The notes beneath the pieces were generated by a model, which was not told the DNA's origin, did not search any database, and saw nothing but the letters and a program-made list of their open reading frames with translations. The translations under genes were made by a program, and so were the position numbers. A stretch of DNA of 63,820 nt from Phoronis australis (taxonomy: Eukaryota > Animalia > Phoronida): positions 164,911 to 228,730 of the forward strand of contig NMRA01000476.1 of the NCBI GenBank assembly GCA_002633005.1. Reading direction: 5' to 3'. Positions 23,535 to 38,339 of this stretch are shown here, piece after piece. The stretch's first letter is position 1. Each line of letters opens with the position of its first letter.

Positions 23535-26500
23535 ATGGCTTCAATCGAGACCATTCCAAGAGATCCCATTCCTGCTATGAGGAACGACTGTACCAGCAAT
23601 ATCTTGCAAGATACATTTTGGTCTTTTCCAAAAGCCAAAACAAAGTACAATGTGACGTTGTCTTTGGATGCACTAACGTTCTCAGAGTTTTTAAGAAGTG
23701 GTGAACAGCGCAAAAGAGTAATACCTGTACGAGATTTAACTGGCTGCCAAGTCATGAAAGGAAACTCAACGAAGGACTCAAATGCCTATATTTGTGTTTA
23801 TTTTTATCCTAAGAGGAAAAAGACACTGGGCAGCAAGTTTGTAAGGCGGAGAGAAACTGCGACTTTTGTGATGAAGAACTTTGATACTTATGATGAAAAC
23901 ATAAATACTGCCCAAATGTGGGCATCAACTATTCGGGATTTGGCTCAAGGGAAGTTAAGTTCTCCAGGTAGGGTGATTTGTTGCAATGACCAAATGCCAT
24001 GGCGATACTCAGATTTTTTGTTGTTTAATCCGCTGTGGGTGTTTGATAAGAAAAATTTAGTTTAGTGACATGAGAATTAATGATTTTACCTTCTGTTCCA
24101 TGATTTCTCCTGTTTTTAAAGATGGTGAAAAGTCAAGTTGCGAAAATTATAGACCAATATTGGTCCTCCCTGCAGTGTCCAAAATTCTTGAAAGGTGTGT
24201 TCAAAAGCAGCTTCACCAGTTCCTGGAGCAAAATTCCCTTCTCTCGGCAGCACAGTCTGGTTTCCGCCCCTTGCATTCCACTCTTACTACAAATATTCNN
24301 NNNNNNNNNNNNNNNNNNNNNNNNNNNNNNNNNNNNNNNNNNNNNNNNNNNNNNNNNNNNNNNNNNNNNNNNNNNNNNNNNNNNNNNNNNNNNNNNNNNN
24401 NNNNNNNNNNNNNNNNNNNNNNNNNNNNNNNNNNNNNNNNNNNNNNNNNNNNNNNNNNNNNNNNNNNNNNNNNNNNNNNNNNNNNNNNNNNNNNNNNNNN
24501 NNNNNNNNNNNNNNNNNNNNNNNNNNNNNNNNNNNNNNNNNNNNNNNNNNNNNNNNNNNNNNNNNNNNNNNNNNNNNNNNNNNNNNNNNNNNNNNNNNNN
24601 NNNNNNNNNNNNNNNNNNNNNNNNNNNNNNNNNNNNNNNNNNNNNNNNNNNNNNNNNNNNNNNNNNNNNNNNNNNNNNNNNNNNNNNNNNNNNNNNNNNN
24701 NNNNNNNNNNNNNNNNNNNNNNNNNNNNNNNNNNNNNNNNNNNNNNNNNNNNNNNNNNNNNNNNNNNNNNNNNNNNNNNNNNNNNNNNNNNNNNNNNNNN
24801 NNNNNNNNNNNNNNNNNNNNNNNNNNNNNNNNNNNNNNNNNNNNNNNNNNNNNNNNNNNNNNNNNNNNNNNNNNNNNNNNNNNNNNNNNNNNNNNNNNNN
24901 NNNNNNNNNNTAAACGGTCCAACTCAATTACTACCTTTAAAGTTAATGTTAAAAAGTGGCTGTAATTTACTTAACCTTTTATACCCTGCCTATCTTAATC
25001 ATGTCATTTTTTCATTGTCGTAAATACTCTCATTGTCTAGAGTCATCTCTTAATTTATTTCATCTGTCTTAGTTAATTTTTTACCTTTATTTGTCATTTA
25101 GTTATTGTCTTAATTCTCAACCTTAACTGTTTTATTTTATCTTTGTTACGTATATTTCATTGTTGTTTTATTACTTCATTGTATTATATTACTGTTTTTC
25201 TTGTTGAGGGCCCTCTTGGAAAGCAGTGCTATCACTGAAGAGGCCACCCTCATTTTAAATATCACAATAATAAATATAATTTGATTTCAAGAATCTTACT
25301 CTGCTGAGTTTTTCATTATTTCACCTGTTGGTTACTGTTGATATAAACAGCAATTGAACTTCATGGTGGTAAGTGAAAAATTGGGTCACATTTGTAACTT
25401 CAGACAAAATTATCAAGATTGTAGAAGTTTTGGTTAATTTGGGTCAACTTAAGCTGATAATTTAAGATTAGATTAGAAAGTTCTAGAAGTCTGGAAACTA
25501 CTAACAATTAAAATCTCTGCAGAATACTTTATCTTATATCAATGATGTTGTATAGACTGTCTGTATAGACTGTCTGTATAGACTGTCTGTCTGCCCTCAA
25601 CCAAATAGTTAATTTTCCTCTGTCATCTGTCATGATAACCATTTCTTGTGGTGCATATTCACTGGGCTCTAGGCCCAATAATTGCATTTTGATGAAAACG
25701 GGCCGAATTTTAATGGTGTAGACAGTCGCTTAAGGCCAGTACCCAACTCTTTCTTATAGATATATTTTACATGTATCTCTCTTTGTGGTTTCGATATGGG
25801 TTTTTGATTTTGTCAAGAATGTAGTTATGGCTATTTAACCAGTACTTTCAAGCATCGTAACTTAGGAACCTGGTCTAATGTATCTTAATCACACTGTTAA
25901 AATGCCTTGAAATAAAAAGATGTTTTATGCATCGTGGTGAAATAACTGTAATTTTGTAAATAATTTGATAAAATTTCGTACTGTCAAATCTAAATTTTGT
26001 GAATATTTTGTAGAGCATTTTGTGCCAACCAGGAAGCCCTTTCTGGTGTTACTGAACCCATGCAGTGGACCAGGGAAAGCACTACAGATGTTCCAAGAGA
26101 GAGTGGTACCAATGTTGGCAGAAGCATGTGTACCATATCATCTCTTAGTCACAGGTATACATACTAACTAGCCTCACCATGGTATATTATGCTATTTCAC
26201 CCAAGGCTGAATAACCAGCCACAGTCAAGATCATTGTACTGGTACACAGTTCATATTAAATGGTTTATGAAGATAATTGTTTAATCCAGACTGCTATCAA
26301 ATGCATGGTAGCATCGCAAGCGTATGTTGACGACCATCCTTGCCACAAATTTATGCAAAGTTTCATAAACAGTGGCCTTGATATTTTTTGAGATTTCATG
26401 GCTTAAAGTTTGAATCTGTTTCCTACAAGACTTTCATTTGTTGGTACAGTGACATGCTTCAAAGCATTTGCTGGCCCTAGACATTCTTACTGAAAAAGCT

Positions 26501-29500
26501 ACTGGTATCTAGATGCACAGCAATTACTTTATTATTAACAAGAAGATCAGATTCAAGTAATCACTCAACAGATTGTTTACATGTTACACCGTCCATACTC
26601 AAGCCATTCATGAAAGTTACAATCATAAGGGACATTCACTTTAAAAGTTCTATTATTGGCAGGGAAGGTGATCATTTACAATCCCTAATTGCCATTTTTA
26701 TAAAGGTATTTTTCTTTTTCACATTAATTTTATAAGCTTTATTAAATATACAGGTTTTGTTTTTGCAGAGACACTGTCTAAACCAGAGATACAATGTATT
26801 TGGATGTTATTTAACACAGATACTCAGAGAAATACTAAACCCTTACAGAATTCCAGAAATCTTTTGTGAAATGGATAAAACGTTAATGGAACCAATCTAC
26901 ACAATGTTCATGCATAGGAATTGGAGAATCAAATTTTGAAGACAGTTCAAATTTTTAAGACGGTTTAAATTTGTGCCTAGAATTCTATGAACCAATCTAA
27001 GTTGGAGCCATCTGAGATGGACGTCGGCAGAACATTTATCTTCATTGTCTAAATTATTGACTTTCGAAATTAAACCACAGTTACCGGCAACTGTTAGGAG
27101 GCTCATTTAATATGAGATTTTGTTGTTACATAATTTACAATAAATATATCTACACCGTCCCTTTCTTGTCTCCAGTTAATATTTGCCAAGTCAAACGATG
27201 TAGCTGTGATGATGCAGTGAGAGAAGAACTGTGTCCACTTCATGTGAACATCTCAGACACGTGTCCATGAACATGTGTCCACTTCATGTGAACATCTCAG
27301 ACACATGTCCATGAACATGTGTCCACTTCATGTGAACATCTCAGACACATGTCCATGAACATGTGTCCACTTCATGTGAACATCTCAGACACATGTCCAT
27401 GAACATGTGTCCACTTCATGTGAACATCTCAGACACATGTCCATGAACATGTGTTGCATAACTTAGAGTGTTTTTTTCTCTCACACAGGCATTTAACTGG
27501 TACCACTGTTTTGAACACAATTATCCCGAACTTTATTGCTTATTTGAGGTACATTTTATTTCAGACCATGCATCACATGCTACAGAAATCTGCCAATCCA
27601 TGGACTTATCCAAGTGGTATGGCATAGTCATCATGTCAGGGGATGGCCTGATATATGAGGCCATCAATGGGTTAATGTTGAGAGATGACTGGGAACAGGC
27701 GATCAAAACTCCCATCGGGTGCCTTCCAGGGGGTTCCGGCAATGCACTATGTTGCTCACTCAATTCTTATGCGGGGTAAGTCATGCGATTTATGAGGTTA
27801 ACACAATGAAAATTGAAATTTGTGTTGTTTGGTGAATTATGGGTAGATCATTTGTAAAGCATTTTTATTATCATTGACATTTCAATTGAAATGATGTGTG
27901 GTTTTATTATGAGGCAGCTGCATGCCAGCTAATGTCATATCTTTTGATGACTGTTGGTGTATAGTAATTTAACAACAAGAAATAACATGTAGATTCTTAA
28001 AATGTGTAATGGAACAGAAGAACATTGATTTCAACATCCTTTGGAATGTAAAGAATGTAGGAACCATCTCTCTAAGCTATGCAAAGATGGCAGATTTCTA
28101 CAATAAAAAGTATTGTGCATATCTTCACTGTCTTGTGATATTTCAAGCCCTTGTTGTGAAAAAACATTTTGCTTGTGCTCTGATGCATTTTGATTCCTAA
28201 TTTTATAACTCAATCACTCATTCACTGCAATTTTTGTAGAACTGCATTACCCAGTGTAAAAAACACTGTCAACGGCTATTGAAGGTTTTGGTTGAAATTC
28301 ATAACTCTCCAGCATGGTACATACATTATCTAACATCTGAGATTTCAAACTCTCAATAAATTTCAATTCACAATTAACCTCCATAATGGGCAGTTTAAAG
28401 GCCATTAATTTGCGTGTATTTCAATTCGAGCAGTAGGCGATCAACTGAACATTCTTCAAAAAACCTTGAAAAGTATACTGCGAATGTCATAGTGTTCTTT
28501 ATGAAATTGTGGATAAGCTGTATCACGAAAGTGTCCAAGTCTAATCACTGATTAGCACATTTCACTGTCAGTGATGGGTGAACTCGACGAATGGCGTTCA
28601 TGGCAATGGAATAGCTAAACTGATGAACCAATATGTCTAGCTAGTTTTATGTTCAGATGCAATAAATATTTTAGTGTGTTATATTTTGAGTGTAGAATTT
28701 TTGTTATTATGTGTTGTTTTCAAAAATTTAATAATCCATTTTCAGAAATCTGAAATTTTAGTTTTCAGTTACTGCATAGTGATTCTTTTTCCAGAGAGCC
28801 TGTGATGGAAAACCCACTTCTTCACTCAACTTACTTACTCCTTAAGCACCAAGTGATGCCCATGGACCTTGTTGCTGTGGATACGCTTGATGGGCGGATA
28901 TACTCATTCCTGTCAGTCATGTGGGGTTTGATATCTGATGTTGACATAGAGAGTGAAAGGTACAGATACCTAGGAGATGCACGGTTCTTTATCGGGACAA
29001 TTTCTAGAGTTTTAAGTAAGTATCCCTGACCTTCTTTTCTTCTCATAACCTGAACACAATATGGCGGACAAGTAAACTTTTACTACATCAAAATATTTAA
29101 CAAAAGTGAGAATTGATGTTATGTAGAACCTTATTGAGGAATGTTAAATCAGAGTCAATTACCAGAAAAACTAGGCTGTGTCAACCAGTAAAAGTAAATA
29201 TTATTTGAACGAAGAAAGATCAGGGATTCTAAAAGTACACTTTATACTATGTTATTGTTATTGTTATTATAACGTTACCACATTTTTCTAAGTCAAATTT
29301 TCTTTTTTTACAAAGGTACGTTTATATCACAAATACCCTTTAGTTGATTTTAATGAAATCTTTAAATGATAACTTCCCAATGTCTCTCAAAAACGCTGTT
29401 AGGAATTTTCAATTACTCTTGTAGTTTGGGTTTTTTGCCAAGTTTACTCGCGAAATGTATGGCATATTTGTAAAAACAGCGATCGCATTTGTTGATGGCA

Positions 29501-31655
29501 CAGTGCAATGAAAGTAGGACTTCTAAAAAAATTCTAATTGACAGTGTTTTTGACATTGACAGACATTAAGTTTTCAAACTTGAAAGTTTCATTAACATTT
29601 TTGAGAACTCGTGTTCCTGCATGTCAGTTCAAATTAAGATGATTTGCTGAAACCAATAAAAAGTGGTAGATGTTGTGAGTATTCAAAATTTGACAGTTTT
29701 CGCTTAATTATTTGGTGATTTCAATATAACCTGTATATGCCGTGTTCGTTATTTCAACATTCACTCGCAATGTCAACTGAATTTGCTATGCGAAATTAAC
29801 TTAACATTTCAATTTTGTAAGTCGGGTTTAAAGCGCGGCATGAGCACCAGACTGAAACTGAAACATCAAACTATTGATGAAGTTAATAAATTTGGGCGAG
29901 GATTTATCTTTTGTCGCAATTTGTTGTGTTTGTGAACACAAAATCTTAGAGGTAGTGTGGCAATTCGGTTTCGGTGCATTGCTTCTCAAAGGTTGTAGGC
30001 ATGCAGACGCACAGCTCCCTCAGGATCAATGTTCTTCATTTTCATCGTTCTATGCTGTGTACACCTTGTTGACACTATTTTGGCGATTCAGTGAATGAAA
30101 GGACTGTGGGTATATGTGGAACTGTTCTGTGCTTGACTGGAGATTTGATTTGAGTGCCTATCTTTCATAACTTGAATTTTTCTGTCAAATATGCACCACA
30201 AAATTGACTATTTGACAAGTGAAAGCTTTATAGGTCACTTGTTTTCAGGCTTTTTGGTTTTTGATGCAGTGGGACATTTGAACATTGATTTTTCGTTAAC
30301 ATACCAATAGATTTGCATGAACATATGCATGTCTTTGGTGGCCTATGGTCTCTACCCCCAGGCAATGGCAATGTCAGCTGTTAAAGATGAAGATTTGGGG
30401 CACTGTTTTAAAAAGGGATTTTGAGGAAGAGAAAAGATGATTTGAAATTGCTATAAATGTGCATTCTGTCAAAGAAACGAACTTTTGATTTTGAATGTTT
30501 ACGGCTACAATTCTGGTCTCTTCCTTACTATGATGAGAAGTGGCTTCTTGGAACTACTCAAGGCTAGACTGAACAAGTTAGTTTGTATACACTGAGCATA
30601 GTATGTGCAAGCCCATGAATCAACTCTTAATTGGATTATTCAGCACGTTGAGACTCAAATATTAAGTAGTTGAAATCGTAGTTTTTGATGTAAATAAAGT
30701 GGGTTTATAGGAACATGAAAACAGCGATAGCTATCTTTAGATTTTAAATATAGGTCATTTTATTGGGACGGATGAAATGGTGATGAGTAATCCAGATTTA
30801 TTAATTATGCTTCTTTTCTAAAGTACTTTAAAAAGAGAATTGTTTTAAACAGTTTCGCTGACACTTGATTGGTCTTTCGCAGAATTAAGAACATACAGAG
30901 GAAAGATATCATTCCTGCCTAAGAAACCTTATGGAAGTCATCAAAGACCTGGCATGTTGAGATCTCACAGCACAATAGAATCTTCCGATATTGAGCCAGT
31001 GCGTCCAGTTCGGCGTAGTGAGAGTATGATGAATCCTGTTGCCGCATCTGTCGGGCATTCCTTGCTAACCAATGGCATTCAGTCTGAAGGAGACGTAGCA
31101 GATGTGCCAACTGAAGGCAAGCTAATGGAGGATAGCATTGCCGAGGAAGGTTTAGCAGACCTTGGAACAGTAGTGCCACCTTCAGGGTCAGTGAATGGCA
31201 CTGCACTTAGTGTCAAAGGTGCTTCTGATAGTTTATCGCATGCGTTTGGTGCTGGAGATATGCCAACAACACTACTACCACCACTTGACAAACCATTACC
31301 AGCAAACTGGGTCACTCTGGAAGATGAGTTCATCACCATTTCAATGACCTATCAGTCACACTTATCCAGAGACCTTAACATTTCTCCACAAGCAAGGCTA
31401 GATGATGGTGTAATACATCTATCTTTACTAAGGGCGGGAATAAGTAAAATGCGACTCATCGATATTTTAAGTTCTTTGGAAGATGGTTCACACATAGAGT
31501 TAGAAGGTGTGGAAAACATTGAGGTTTTGGCAGTGAGACTGGAGCCCATAAGCCCCAATGGAACATTGATGGTTGATGGAGAGAAAGCGCCTTATGGCCC
31601 AATACAGGCTCAGATCTTACCGTCTCTCGGTAGAGTTATGGGATTGTCCAAATAG
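23535..31655 (+). CDS. SPHK: Sphingosine kinase (SPHK1/SPHK2 family), complete, 592 aa
   Basis: Coding exons 23535-23967, 26014-26154, 27565-27775, 28795-29015, 30883-31655 (1779 nt, phases consistent, GT-AG). Motifs: LLNPCSGPGKA, MSGDGLIYEAING, PGGSGNAL, WGLISDVDIESERYRYLG, LRTYRGKISFLP, LMVDGE. Has a PH-like N-terminal extension and an SPHK2-like central insert. Confidence 0.95.
24108..25281 (+). mobile_element. 5'-truncated non-LTR retrotransposon (CR1/L2-group) spanning an N-gap
   Basis: RT-region peptide PVFKDGEKSSCENYRPILVLPAVSKILERCVQKQL...QSGFRPLHST; after the gap, ORF end TFKVNVKKWL* and an AT-rich 3' UTR ending in AATAATAAA. Possible TSD TGATTTC (24101-24107 / 25282-25288). Confidence 0.75.
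27231..27454. repeat. Minisatellite, 44-bp unit x5
   Basis: GTGTCCACTTCATGTGAACATCTCAGACACATGTCCATGAACAT repeated head-to-tail without spacers. Confidence 0.95.
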
Positions 31656-32888
31656 CATAGCGGTAGTCTCGAAAAGCTTTGAAAGCTGCAGTGACCCTGC
31701 CTTCTGTCAAAATAATAACTTTTGATTTAATGGATTAAGCATTATTATAAAATTGGTTTCAAGCTGTTCTCTTCTCAGACTGGAACTGATTTCCGAGCTT
31801 GAGAAAAACTGACAGTTGAGTATTCACTGACACCATCCCCAGTATGTTGGCTTAATCCAGTGGACCATTTTATTCACCGTGAATGGTTTGTAGATTATGC
31901 AGGACTTTGTTGTCAAATCTGCATATTTAGCCAAATATCTACAAAACTCTAGAATTTAACTGAATATAGGTATAAACTATATTTTAACTGAATATAGGTA
32001 TAAGCTATATTTTCTCTAAGCAGAAAACCTGTAGAATTAGGCTTTTTGCCAAACTGCCATTAAGTGGGTCCCGTGACCAGGTCCTCTCAAACAAAAAAAT
32101 TAGCTAAAAAGTTTGATACAATGTCAGAAAAACATCAGCATCAGTCACATGATCAAATCTTATTTTACTGGTATGTAGATGCTCCAAGATCTCAAAAACG
32201 GTGTAACAGTTTTCTTAATTGTAATTTTGTTTTATGCATCTTGAGATTTTTTCCTTAAAACCAAAAAAGTCCTATTTTTGATAACTTTGATGTTAGCTAA
32301 ATTAACCATTTTTGCTGTGTCCTACAAAACCTTAAGCAAGGACTAATTACTGTCAGTTTTTCCAACATTGAGAAATTAGCTCTCATCTGACTGGGAAAAG
32401 ATATGACCAGATGTGACCTGTATCTAAGGGCAGGAGATCAAAACCCTATGTTAAAGGTGGTTTCATAGCAGGTAAATTGCCTGATCAAGTTTCTGTCTTA
32501 TTCACAAACATTTCTTTTAGTGTACAGTAACTCCTTAGGAAAGTGGCTTTAATCCACTGTTTCTGATCATTATGTTACTTTTTAGAATCAGTGTTTACCA
32601 ATTGCCCATATACTAGTGACCGTCAACATGTTTTATGTTACTCTTGTCTTTCAAGGTTTAAACTTGAGCGCCTGTTGTATACAAAGAGCGCAGGAGATTT
32701 TTTGTATATTCTCATTTTGTATTTAGTAGGAGGTTGTTGTCTATTGTTCATTTTGTTGTCCATCATTTACTAAGTAATTATTTTGGAACAATGCACTATT
32801 TGCTTATATTGACACAATCTTGCTTGTGTGAATGACGTTTGACAGAAAGACTTTCTTGACCATAAAGCACTGTTAACAAACTGCAATT

Positions 32889-33102
32889 TGTCACATACGA
32901 CTTTGTTAACGACTGTCACATACAACTTTGTTAACAACTGTCACATACAACTTTGTTAACGACTATGACATACAACTTTGTTAATGACTGTCACATACAA
33001 CTTTGTTAATGACTGTCACATACAACTTTGTTAACGACTGTCACATACAACTTTGTTAACAACTGTCGCATACAACTTTGTTAACGACTGTCACATACAA
33101 CT
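32889..33102. repeat. Minisatellite, 25-bp unit x~8.5
   Basis: TGTCACATACAACTTTGTTAACGAC tandem copies. Confidence 0.95.
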
Positions 33103-33949
33103 ATTCAGACCATATAGCCAGATGTTGTGACAACTTCTGGAGCTAAAACGTCGTATAAGGATTTTCGTTTGAGACAGAGAAAATCTGATTTTGCTCCAGG
33201 AGCAGAAATGATACAACAATACAGTTGTCCACACACACTGGGTGTTGTCTTGACTTTGTATATGAAATTGTTTAGGACAATCAGTTTGTAGACAGGGCTT
33301 CAGGCAGACACCAGACATGCAGATACTTCTATAATAATGTTAAACATAACAAGATAAGATCTGAGTCAGTTTTAAACCATTTTCCTTGTTTTGACTAGTG
33401 ACTACATTGTCAGCATCAATAAACCTTCCTTTATAGCACTGCATATCACAATCGTAAATTCAATTCCCAAAAAATATCAAAATAGAAGAAAAACGACTTT
33501 AATTGAAAGTTTCATAGCTCCATGGACATGAGTTTGACGTATGAATGCACACAGGGCTGGTGTGTCAAGTCCAACAATGTACGAAGTTCTTGTACAACTT
33601 GCGCCACAAACGTAACGCCTTGTCATTCCTTATTGTACCATAAACCACAGGAAAACGAGCAGCAACATCTGATGACTTTTCACACTAAACACAATGGAGG
33701 ATGACTAGTGATATGATTGGTTGTTCCAATTTTAAGTAGCATTAACAAGTTTTATGTGACAGTTGTTTTCTAATTTGACTGTTGTTTTGGTGTTTTCATG
33801 TAAAATTGGTGTGTTTAAGCACTTTAAATTACACCCTTTTCAAGTAGCTTGTGTCAAACTTTGACCCACTATTCCTCTGGATTTGGTAAACTGGAAATTT
33901 TGTTTGTGTCATAGCAGACACCATGCTTACTAGCTAAGCATTTGACATG

Positions 33950-35330
33950 AAAATTGTTAACTTGTCTTTTGAGTGACTGTATACTAGAAAATATGTTTTT
34001 AGGGTTGGAAAGTTCTGAGTGTCTTCAGTGTTCCAGATTATTTTACTTCTCCTTAATATACCATTGTTGAATGGACACAGCAGAGCATCTAAAACACTGA
34101 TACCTTTGGTAATCCGTTTTGTCATGTAGACATGTGTCTGAGAGCTATCTTGGTATATTTGAACTCTTTTGACCCATTTTAAATAGTTTTCCAAAATGTG
34201 CTTAATGATTAAAAAATAACCTGCCTTACCAAAGTAAGGAGACAGGTTGGTGATGGACCAGCAGAGATTCAGCTGTATCTGAACTAAAGGTGAACTGAGA
34301 AACATTCCCTTTACTGTCTCTAACAGTTGTATTCAGGGATATTCTCAGCGAGATAAGTAATTTTACAGCAGCGGTGCAGAATCGAATCCACTAGCTCCGC
34401 TGTAGCAACTGAACACTGCTGCAGAGTCAAATCCCACATGTTAAGTCGTAGAGTATTTAATGGTAGAGACATTGGCATTGATTTCAACGACTGTTTAGCA
34501 GATGGCAACAAGTATTGGTGCTTAGAAAATTACACAAGCAACAGATTTTGTAGTAATATAGTTCTGGTTAAAACTTCAGGAAGTCTGTACCATCCGGCAA
34601 TAATACCAGAAATGCATCTTGCAGCTGTAAAACTGATTTCGCCCCTTTATGGTCCAAAGCAGTGGTGTCAAATAGTCAAAGCCTGGTGCCTGCATTTTAA
34701 CATTTTTACCGGTATATTGATTTGTAGAAGTCCGTTACCGGCATTATGCTGTGCATGGTAGGTCTCACAGAACTGAAATAGCTAAAGGCTAGTGTAGAAT
34801 AGCTGCGAGCTGACCTGTAATCTGCAAGTGAACTGGGTTAACCGGGAAACAGCGAGCAAAATGTTGACTGACATGGTACTCCATTGTAAACTACGTAAAT
34901 GCAGTACACGGTCAGAATGGGTGAACAAGAAAGGTTCATTATTGTCAGGTGATGCAATAATTAATTTTCTTCGGTTAGGAATTGTATGAAAAAAGTTAGA
35001 AATTGGCCTTACTACCTTGTGAGGCAAAATCTTTGCAGTTCATTTTGTTGCATATTTGAGCCACGGGCCAGGCTGATTTCTATTCAAGGTATGTAGCTCT
35101 CCGTTTGCGCTGACCCTTAGGGTTGTGAACAGTTTTCTATTGTCTGGGATTATGGGAAGACTGTGACACTCGGTGTATAGCATGTTTTTGAATGACTGAC
35201 TACTTGGTCTGTCAATTATGAATGAGCTTGCCACAATAAACCTGCCTTTCAGAACATTTGTTATCTCGAGTCTTTGGTCGATAAGAACTCCGCCCCCAGA
35301 ATGAATATCATTCCATGGCTAAGGAGGACA
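33950..35330 (-). mobile_element. Highly degraded LINE-like remnant
   Basis: Scattered minus-strand peptide traces resembling CR1-group ORF2 (GGGVLI near 35300, VVRPIS near 35010); no continuous frame. Confidence 0.3.
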
Positions 35331-35539
35331 AAAAATCTAGTAATTGACTGTGAGTATGATTAATGTGTTGTAAATTAATGAATCAATGTAATTTAACTGT
35401 AATTATGATACGGTGTTTGGAAGTGAATACAGTGCAAGAATCGACAATAAATTATTGTTTTCAAACATCAAAATTTATTTTCTTTTTACAATACAAGACT
35501 AATAAAAGCTCATTTAGAAGAAGCATCAGCTGGTGTATG

Positions 35540-35627
35540 CCTGGGTAGAGTTCCGTAACGCCGGGACCTTGCAAAGAAGCAAAGACTTCACGAGATTACG
35601 CTCCTAGCGTTACTAAACTCTACCCTG
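35540..35627. repeat. Mini inverted-repeat element (~22-bp arms)
   Basis: CCTGGGTAGAGTTCCGTAACGC ... GCGTTACTAAACTCTACCCTGG. Confidence 0.55.
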
Positions 35628-36033
35628 GTTTAAAAGATGTTACATAGTTCTACAATCATAGCAGTCACAATTCACCGATTGAAGCACTTTAATCAAAATA
35701 TTCAAGTAAAGCGTAAAAGAAGGAAGGTTTTACAGCAGCACATGCCAAAAAGTTCCAAGCCCTATGTTTGTTGAATGAGCAAAACCATAGCATCAAAATA
35801 ACATAAGTACTGATGCATCTCTTCAAATTAGTTACAAAACAATGGGTATTCACTAGGACTAGTCAATGGGCCATGTGGCAAACTGGACATAATACAGGTA
35901 CAATTATACAAATAACTTAATTTCACTCTCAATTATTTCTCAATTCCACAAATCAACAGCTGAAAAGCTTATCTTCCACTTTGGTCAGAGGGGAATTACA
36001 ACAAATGAAATTACCAGTAATTAAAACATTTAA

Positions 36034-36884
36034 AGAGTTCCCACCATGACCATGTGCTCAAAAAGAATTTTATTAATACATCTTAAAGATTTAATAACCT
36101 TTAATATACCTGTTGCTAAGAAACGAGCCAAAATTTTTTAGAAGTATTTTTCTGTTATCAGGGTTGTACTCAATGGGTGAAAGACCGTCTCCACTGTTGT
36201 TGTTTTTACCAGTGTGATACTGAGGAGTAGTGAAAAAGTCTGCAGAGAACTGCCTTTTTCAGTCATGAAAAGGTGTGTTTGTGGACTGCTGCAACTTGAT
36301 TGAAAATGTCTCTGTGTTCGAATTTCCTGGACGTAAAAGTTGCACAGAAATTGTATTCTGTGCACTGTACAAGAGTGTGGGTTATCAGTTGGGAACATAT
36401 GATTCGGTCGGGAGCAACACTTTGTTCGGTATATTTCAGTCAAGGAATCATGTTTCGACCAAACACAAAAGCGGCATTACGATGAAGGACTCACCACCTT
36501 GTAAAATATTTACAAATTTAATAACTAAGTGCTTCCATTCTAGGGCGAGTGATGCCAGGCCCTCGACCCTAGTCCAGATGGAGTGCTTGAGTGTGATGCC
36601 CGAATCCACTCTCTTCTTTATCTGCATAATAATTGTCCAGTTCTTGTTCAAAATCATTCTCATCTGCTATGTTCCGCATTTGCAATTGTCAAGTGATCAA
36701 ACGTCTTCCACCCATTACATCATTTGGCGGGAAACTTGGTAATAACAAATTTTTCTTCAAAATTAAAAAAATTTCCGACTATTCGGCATAAAAAGTGCTT
36801 ATTTAGTTAAATTTTATAGTATTCATTTCATATTAGCTGACTGAAACATTAAAAGCTAATAATGAAATGCATGGTGGGAACTCT
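36034..36884 (+). mobile_element. Kolobok-type non-autonomous element (same family as 7594-8698)
   Basis: Perfect 15-bp TIR AGAGTTCCCACCATG / CATGGTGGGAACTCT; TTAA at 36030-36033 and 36885-36888; THAP remnant (ENVSVFEFP...RSGATLCSVYF). Confidence 0.85.
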
Positions 36885-37499
36885 TTAAACATACCAGGAA
36901 AGAAAAACCTTTGAAGCTCAGTAATAGTCGAGAGCAAGGTTGACTGGGAAACTGACTTTCACGGCAATCATTTCATTCACTGAGCTGACTGGAGCAAATA
37001 TGATTACTTTGGATTTGGTCGATTTTGTGACCAAATATTTGATGAGGTAAATTATTATGCATTTGGAGAAGAAAAACATTTTTAGGATTCTTTATAGATA
37101 AAACATAATTTTCTGGTTGTCCTGGACAATTTTTAATGGCTCTGTGTTGTCTTATTAGATAGACAAAAAGAAATTGGATTTGCAAGCCAAGGCTAAAGAA
37201 AAAACACAAATAGTTCCTGATTTGCATCTGCTTTCTTTTGACTCTTGTGCTTTCCCCGTTCAAAAAAGAAACAAAAAATGCCTCATCGCACCATTTTAGC
37301 AGATGCTAGGTACTTTTTTAATTACAAATTTAAAAAAACTGAACCGCCACATCAAGAATGCTTATAAATGGACCAAATCTCAGTTTGTGTCGCACAATCC
37401 TATTTACAGATGGAAGCCGTTAGATTTGCCTGATGATTACCACTTAACATCGTCTATAACTTTTTGTATTTCTTAACTGATCATGTGCTGGACTTGCTT

Positions 37500-38250
37500 G
37501 CCGACATGTCTAATCAGTACAGTGTAAAAAATGGAAAGTCTGTTGACACTGAAAAAACTGAACTGAAAAGATGATTGGTATGTTTTAGTGTATGGGTCTA
37601 GCAAAAATGCCAGGTAGTCTGTTTGACACAAGGTATGAACCCGTAGCAAGTGTAATGACCCAAAACCAGTCTTAATTACCGTACTAGCAACATCACTGCA
37701 AATTGTCAACAACACTAATAGTGCTGACCACAAGAAGGGCAAACTATGGAAAGTGCACCCTTGGCTAGAGAAATTTCATCAAAACAGCAACAAAATTCCA
37801 TCGACGAGATGATGATTGCCTTCAAGGGCAAGTTCAGCAACCTGAAGCAGTGTGTCAAGGGAAAACCTCATCCTTGGGGCATCAAGTTGTGGGCGAGAAC
37901 TGGTGCAGCAAGCATCTTGTATGATTTTGATATGTACCAGAGTAATCGTGAAGGGACGGCAAAAAGTGCTCTGTGTGTTGGGGCAAATGTTGTCCTCAAC
38001 CTTGCTAAGACCGTGCCGCAGAACATTTCTGAGGCTCCTGCATTGAACAAAAAGATCGCTGCAGACAACTTTTTCACCAGAATGCCACTAATCACGGAGC
38101 TGAAGTCAAGAGACGTTCACTATACTGGAACAGTGCGTCCTAGGTGCGTGGCCAAACGTAATGCTGCATTCTGACTCGGATATGAAAAAGCGTGGACGTG
38201 ATGCTCGTGGCGGTGCAATGGTACTACAAGAGAGCTATAACCATACTTAA
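37500..38250 (+). pseudogene. piggyBac transposase fragment
   Basis: SIDEMMIAFKGK...KPHPWGIKLW...LYDFDMYQ...ADNFFTRMPLITELKSRDVHYTGTVR (37746-38174) contains the piggyBac DE and DNFFT catalytic motifs. Confidence 0.85.
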
Positions 38251-38339
38251 CGTACGGAGCCCAAACAGAGAAACATCAATATGGTGTTTCTAAAATAAAT
38301 CCCTGGCAAAACCACTCCTAGTCATAACATGTCAACAGC

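Noticed and set aside
24070-25023. Long ORFs (211-317 aa) in the ORF track
   Set aside because: They are mostly X residues read through the N-gap; only the short RT piece before the gap is real.
27231-27454. CRISPR-like regular repeats (also 32889-33102)
   Set aside because: Head-to-tail units with no unique spacers, no cas genes, and a eukaryotic context: these are minisatellites.
30919-31558. Minus-strand ORFs overlapping the last SPHK exon
   Set aside because: Antisense shadows of a coding exon with no recognisable motifs.
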